Source: Desulfobulbaceae bacterium
GTDB lineage: Bacteria > Desulfobacterota > Desulfobulbia > Desulfobulbales > Desulfobulbaceae
Direction: 5' to 3'
Length of the DNA: 31,736 nucleotides
Assembly: GCA_011322715.1 (NCBI GenBank)
Contig: DRLX01000158.1
Coordinates: forward strand, 1 to 31,736
Shown: positions 28,198 through 31,736 of the stretch, piece by piece
How positions within the stretch are numbered: the first letter of the stretch is position 1
Layout: each line of letters starts with the position of its first letter
Notes under the pieces: generated by a model
Seen by the model: the letters and a program-made list of their open reading frames with translations, nothing else
Database searches by the model: none
Told to the model about the DNA's origin: nothing
Made by a program: the position numbers and the translations under genes

Positions 28198-28740
28198 ATG
28201 TTACGTCTTCTCAATCGAACGGAAGAGGCGATTATCTGCCTGCTGATGGCGTTAACGACTTTGCTGGTTTTTGTCGATGTCATTATGCGGTTTGGTTTTA
28301 ATACCGGCTTTATGTGGACCCAGGAACTGACTTTGCATATGTCGGCCTGGTTTGTTCTGTTTGGTGCTTCTTATGGTATAAAGGTCGGGTCACATATCGG
28401 TGTGGATGCCTTTGTCAAGTTGTTCCCACGGACCGGCCGCCGTATTTTATCGGCTATCGGCTGTCTGTTGGGGTTGTCCTATTGCGGGCTTATCCTGTAT
28501 GGCAGCTGGATCTATCTTGCCAAAGTCAAGCGAATCGGTATTGAACTTGAAGATGTTCCCATTCCAGCCTGGATCGCCCATAGCATGTTAATTGTCGGAT
28601 TCACCTTTCTTACTATTAGAATTACAATTTTATTATGGGATATCATCACCAATAAGGCTGATGGCTTTCGATATGCCAACGAGGCGGAAGAGAGTATGGA
28701 ACTGGTTGAGGAACTGCAAGAGGAGGGCCCCAAGTTATGA
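28198..28740 (+). CDS. dctQ: TRAP transporter small permease
   Basis: Four TM helices; W..EL...W..LFGASYG.K.G.HI.VD motif. Confidence 0.93.
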   Translation: MLRLLNRTEEAIICLLMALTTLLVFVDVIMRFGFNTGFMWTQELTLHMSAWFVLFGASYGIKVGSHIGVDAFVKLFPRTGRRILSAIGCLLGLSYCGLILYGSWIYLAKVKRIGIELEDVPIPAWIAHSMLIVGFTFLTIRITILLWDIITNKADGFRYANEAEESMELVEELQEEGPKL

Positions 28741-30134
28741 CAACCGCCGCGCTGTTCATCCTGTTATTTGCCTGCATGCTGCTGGGCATGCCCATTGCCC
28801 TTGCCCTCGGGTTTTCAAGCATTACAACCATTTTGTTCTTTTCCAACGATTCACTTGCTTCGATAGCCTTAAAACTTTTTGAATCGCTGTCTGAACATTA
28901 TACCCTGCTGGCCATCCCGTTTTTCATCCTCTCCTCCGCCTTTCTTTCCACCGGCGGAGTGGCAAAGCGCATTATTCGTTTTGCGCTCAGCCTGGTTGGT
29001 CATATTCGAGGCGGTATCGCCATGGCCTCGGTCATGGCATGCATGATCTTTGCCGCCGTGTCAGGCTCATCTCCGGCAACGGTAGCGGCCATCGGCAGTA
29101 TTGTTATTGTCGGTATGGTCAAGGCCGGGTATCCGGAGAGTTTTGCCGCAGGCGTTATTACCAATGCCGGTACCCTGGGTATCCTGATCCCTCCCTCCAT
29201 CGTCATGCTGGTTTATGCGGCTGCGACCGAGGTCTCGGCCGCCCGGATGTTTATGGCCGGATTCCTGCCTGGTCTGCTCATGGGCCTGATTCTCATGATT
29301 GCCATATATATCGCCGCCCGGGTAAAGAAAATTCCGGCCCAGCCGTGGCGCGGATTTGGGGAAGTTATAAGCTCCGGTGCCGCAGCATTCGGTGGTTTGA
29401 TGCTGATTATTATTGTGCTCGGCTCTATCTATGGCGGCATAGCCAGCCCTACGGAGGCCGCCGCCGTTTCTGCGGTTTATGCCTTTGCTGTGGCTGTTTT
29501 CGGTTATCGTGATATCGGTCCGTTGAAAAATGTTCCATGGAGAAAGGAGGGGGAAAGCAGAGGCGCATCTTTTTCCAGAAATATTGGGCAAATGCTGTTG
29601 GCTCTGCCGAAATGCATCACCGACAAGGACGTAAACAAGGTGTTGCTGGATGCCTCTAAGGTCAGTATCATGCTGCTCTTTATTATTGCCAATGCCATGC
29701 TCTTTGCCCATGTGCTGACCACGGAACGTATCCCCCATCACCTGGCCGAATTGATCGTTCACTGGGGCCTGCCTTCCTGGGGATTTCTGATTGTCGTCAA
29801 CCTGCTCTTACTTGCCGCAGGCAATTTTATGGAGCCTTCGGCCATTCTCCTTATTATGGCGCCGATTCTCTTTCCCATTGCCTTGAAACTGGGCATAGAT
29901 CCCATTCATCTGGGCATTATCATGGTCGTCAACATGGAAATCGGTATGCTGACGCCACCTGTGGGCCTCAATCTTTTCGTTACTGCAGGTATAACCGGGC
30001 ACAGTATCGGCTGGGTCATCAAAGCTGCGCTGCCCTGGCTGCTGCTCTTGTTGTTCTTTTTGATTATTATAACCTATGTGCCGCAGGTATCGCTCTTTTT
30101 GCCTGAATTTCTGGATAAGTTGCACGGATATTAA
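28737..30134 (+). CDS. dctM: TRAP transporter large permease
   Basis: GMPIA.ALG, LLAIPFF, FAAVSGSS, LGILIPPS, MEIG.LTPPVGLNLFV; ATGA overlap with dctQ. Confidence 0.95.
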   Translation: MTTAALFILLFACMLLGMPIALALGFSSITTILFFSNDSLASIALKLFESLSEHYTLLAIPFFILSSAFLSTGGVAKRIIRFALSLVGHIRGGIAMASVMACMIFAAVSGSSPATVAAIGSIVIVGMVKAGYPESFAAGVITNAGTLGILIPPSIVMLVYAAATEVSAARMFMAGFLPGLLMGLILMIAIYIAARVKKIPAQPWRGFGEVISSGAAAFGGLMLIIIVLGSIYGGIASPTEAAAVSAVYAFAVAVFGYRDIGPLKNVPWRKEGESRGASFSRNIGQMLLALPKCITDKDVNKVLLDASKVSIMLLFIIANAMLFAHVLTTERIPHHLAELIVHWGLPSWGFLIVVNLLLLAAGNFMEPSAILLIMAPILFPIALKLGIDPIHLGIIMVVNMEIGMLTPPVGLNLFVTAGITGHSIGWVIKAALPWLLLLLFFLIIITYVPQVSLFLPEFLDKLHGY

Positions 30135-30205
30135 AATTGCAGATTCGGTAGCGGGCAGAGAATCTGCCCGTTGCTCCCTTTGCCCACAATTCCGGGAGAT
30201 TAAAC

Positions 30206-30697
30206 ATGTCCTTATTACCTGAGATAAAAAAAATTCTTTACGTCACGGATTTGGGCAAACATACTCGTCCGGTTTTTCGTTTTGCGCTTAGCCTGGCTCG
30301 CCGATATGAAGCCGCTCTTCTTATGCTGCATGTGGTTGAACCCCTGGGACCGACAGGGAAATTCTACATGGATATTTATCTTAATGAAGATGCGGCGAAA
30401 CATTTTCATGAAGAGGGGAAGCGTGAAGTCCTCGTAAAAATGAAGGAAAGATTGCGCCTGTTCTGCAATGAGGAAGTCGGAGCCTGTGAGATGGGAACTC
30501 CGCCTGTTACTGAAATTCTTGTGTCTTCAGGGGAACCCAGCGAAGAGATTCTTCGTCTGGCGGACAAACATGGGGTGGATTGTATTGTTATCGGAAAAAG
30601 CACCCATGCCCTTTTTGGCGGCAAAATGATGGGATCGACTGCCAGGCGTGTTTCCAGGCATAGCCGGGTGCCGGTAATGCTGGTTCCCAATAAGTGA
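30206..30697 (+). CDS. Universal stress protein (TRAP-associated, TeaD-like)
   Basis: KKILY.TD, LHVVEP, G.P.EEI, D.IVIG, MGS.A..V.R....PV motifs. Confidence 0.9.
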   Translation: MSLLPEIKKILYVTDLGKHTRPVFRFALSLARRYEAALLMLHVVEPLGPTGKFYMDIYLNEDAAKHFHEEGKREVLVKMKERLRLFCNEEVGACEMGTPPVTEILVSSGEPSEEILRLADKHGVDCIVIGKSTHALFGGKMMGSTARRVSRHSRVPVMLVPNK

Positions 30698-30759
30698 CGG
30701 CCGGATGCCGGCCATTTTGACAAAGGGTGTGTCCGTGCGAGTTTAATCAGGTAATTCGC

Positions 30760-30892
30760 TGATAACGTTTGAGCTAACCCACCCCAAGCATTTTATCTGA
30801 TAGCTTTATACGTGATTATGGACTTGGGCAATCCACCAAATTCATTCAGGGAACGGGCGTACTTGGGGTCAGAGTTAAGCGACTTGTTCGGC
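30760..30892 (-). other. attC recombination site (133 bp)
   Basis: On - strand: R'' GCCGAAC, 5-nt spacer AAGTC, L'' GCT(T)AAC, stem ACCCCAAGTA / TGCTTGGGGT, L' GTTAGC, 6-nt spacer TCAAAC, R' GTTATCA. Confidence 0.85.
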
Positions 30893-31117
30893 AACTTTTT
30901 TTGTTGCAGAGACCCATTTTAACCTGAGTTTTTTGTGGGCATGTGCACAATCTTGAAGATACAGATTGATTAAATTTTGATAAGGAATTCCTGTTTCATC
31001 CGCAAGATTTTTGAAGTAATCAATGACATCTACTCCCAAACGTAAAGTAACCTGCTTTTTTAGATGCTTTGCATAAGGATTTCCGACAGATTTTGAGAAA
31101 TCATATTCTTTTTTCAT
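30875..31117 (-). CDS. brnA: BrnA-family antitoxin (RHH-like)
   Basis: MKKEYDFS...NPY...K.VTLRL..DVI.YFK..A.ETG.PYQ.LIN.YL pattern; ATGA overlap with the toxin gene; stop lies within attC. Confidence 0.85.
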   Translation of the reverse strand: MKKEYDFSKSVGNPYAKHLKKQVTLRLGVDVIDYFKNLADETGIPYQNLINLYLQDCAHAHKKLRLKWVSATKKVAEQVA

Positions 31118-31410
31118 GACAGAAAGCTCTCGTATTGTTTTTGTTCTTTTTTTGTTGCTTTCCTGGCCGAAATGATTCTGATAAATTGCTCGTTATTGCC
31201 TCGACAACAATGAACAACTACCAACACTCTCATTGCAGCACTAAGACCAAGTAAAATGAAACGATCTTCATTGACGGAATGATCATCGTCAAAAATCATT
31301 CTTGCATTGGCATCAAAAAACACGGTTTGAGCTTCTTCGAAGGAAACTTTGTGTTTTTTTAGATTACCTTGCGACTTTTTTTCATCCTATTCAAACGATA
31401 TCAGATTCAT
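31114..31410 (-). pseudogene. brnT: BrnT-family ribonuclease toxin with an in-frame amber stop at codon 8
   Basis: From ATG 31410: MNLISFE*DEKKSQGNLKKHKVSFEEAQTVFFD...EDRFILLGLS...RIISARKAT; the TAG (31389-31387) stands where the family has FEWD. Confidence 0.85.
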
Positions 31411-31445
31411 AATTACATTATAATTATATCGTAATGCTATCGCAA
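31411..31445 (-). promoter_or_regulatory. Cassette-internal sigma70 promoter with overlapping palindromic operator
   Basis: TTGCGA-17 bp-TATAAT-GTAATT-ATG; imperfect palindrome ATTAC-GA-TATAATTATA-AT-GTAAT overlaps the -10 element. Confidence 0.8.
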
Positions 31446-31459
31446 GGTTTGTTTTTTAT

Positions 31460-31478
31460 GCAGAACTTGAGGTTAACA
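31460..31478 (-). other. attI-like simple site at the cassette 5' junction
   Basis: TGTTAAC-CTCAA-GTTCTGC: two inverted 7-bp boxes with a 5-bp spacer. Confidence 0.6.
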
Positions 31479-31489
31479 GGAAGGAACAA

Positions 31490-31736
31490 TTATCCCAGGG
31501 CAACATCCAGGGTCATCATCAGGGCGAATCCGACCATGACACCAATGGTTGCGACATCCGAATGCTTTTCCGCCTGTGATTCCGGGATTAATTCCTCGGC
31601 AACCACATAGATCATTGCCCCGGCGGCAAAAGAAAGGGCATAGGGGAGCAGTGGACGCATTAAAAGTACTGCAGCCGCTCCGATGAGACCGGCAATCGGC
31701 TCCACAAAGCCGGAGAGCTGACCGTACCAGAAACTC
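31490..31736 (-). CDS. ZIP-family (ZupT/GufA) metal transporter, 3' part only
   Basis: [13 protein letters not shown]..., [22 protein letters not shown]..., GF.LMM.LDVALG; runs off the window end. Confidence 0.9.
   Translation of the reverse strand, partial: SFWYGQLSGFVEPIAGLIGAAAVLLMRPLLPYALSFAAGAMIYVVAEELIPESQAEKHSDVATIGVMVGFALMMTLDVALG

Larger units (their letters stand above)
30766..31465 (-). mobile_element. Solitary integron gene cassette carrying a BrnT/BrnA toxin-antitoxin pair
   Basis: Starts at G/TTCTGC (31466), ends at G/TTATCA (30766), contains a complete attC; AT-rich relative to neighbours (19/60 G+C in line 31081-31140). Confidence 0.82.

Noticed and set aside
31387-31389. 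Amber codon in brnT as pyrrolysine
   Set aside because: The position corresponds to a family Trp, one substitution from TGG; no pyl genes or methyltransferase context in the window

Overview
Chromosomal segment whose gene content suggests an anaerobic Desulfobacterota (probably Desulfobulbales-like; inferred, not shown). Left end: an NrfD-type membrane anchor and a Tat-exported 4Fe-4S subunit. These are followed by an apparent operon encoding a 19-heme cytochrome c, a CbcL/FdnI-type cytochrome b, a small membrane protein and an exported tandem-rhodanese selenoprotein that the ORF track splits at an in-frame UGA followed by a SECIS-like hairpin. Middle: a secreted double pentapeptide-repeat protein, rpsT, trpEGDCF, rlpA, a 9-heme lipoprotein, tRNA-Thr(CGT), rarD, a monoheme cytochrome, an HDOD-GGDEF cyclase and a KamA-family radical SAM enzyme. 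Right: malic enzyme-dctBD-dctPQM-usp with a readable sigma54/enhancer/IHF promoter, then a solitary integron gene cassette (attC, attI-like target, own promoter, BrnA antitoxin, nonsense-disrupted BrnT toxin) and the 3' end of a ZIP transporter. Two MITE-like families are present; one copy has a 7-bp target-site duplication and sits inside a stop codon. No CRISPR array, rRNA, integrase or transposase gene was seen. All calls come from reading the sequence and recalled family motifs; no database search was run.
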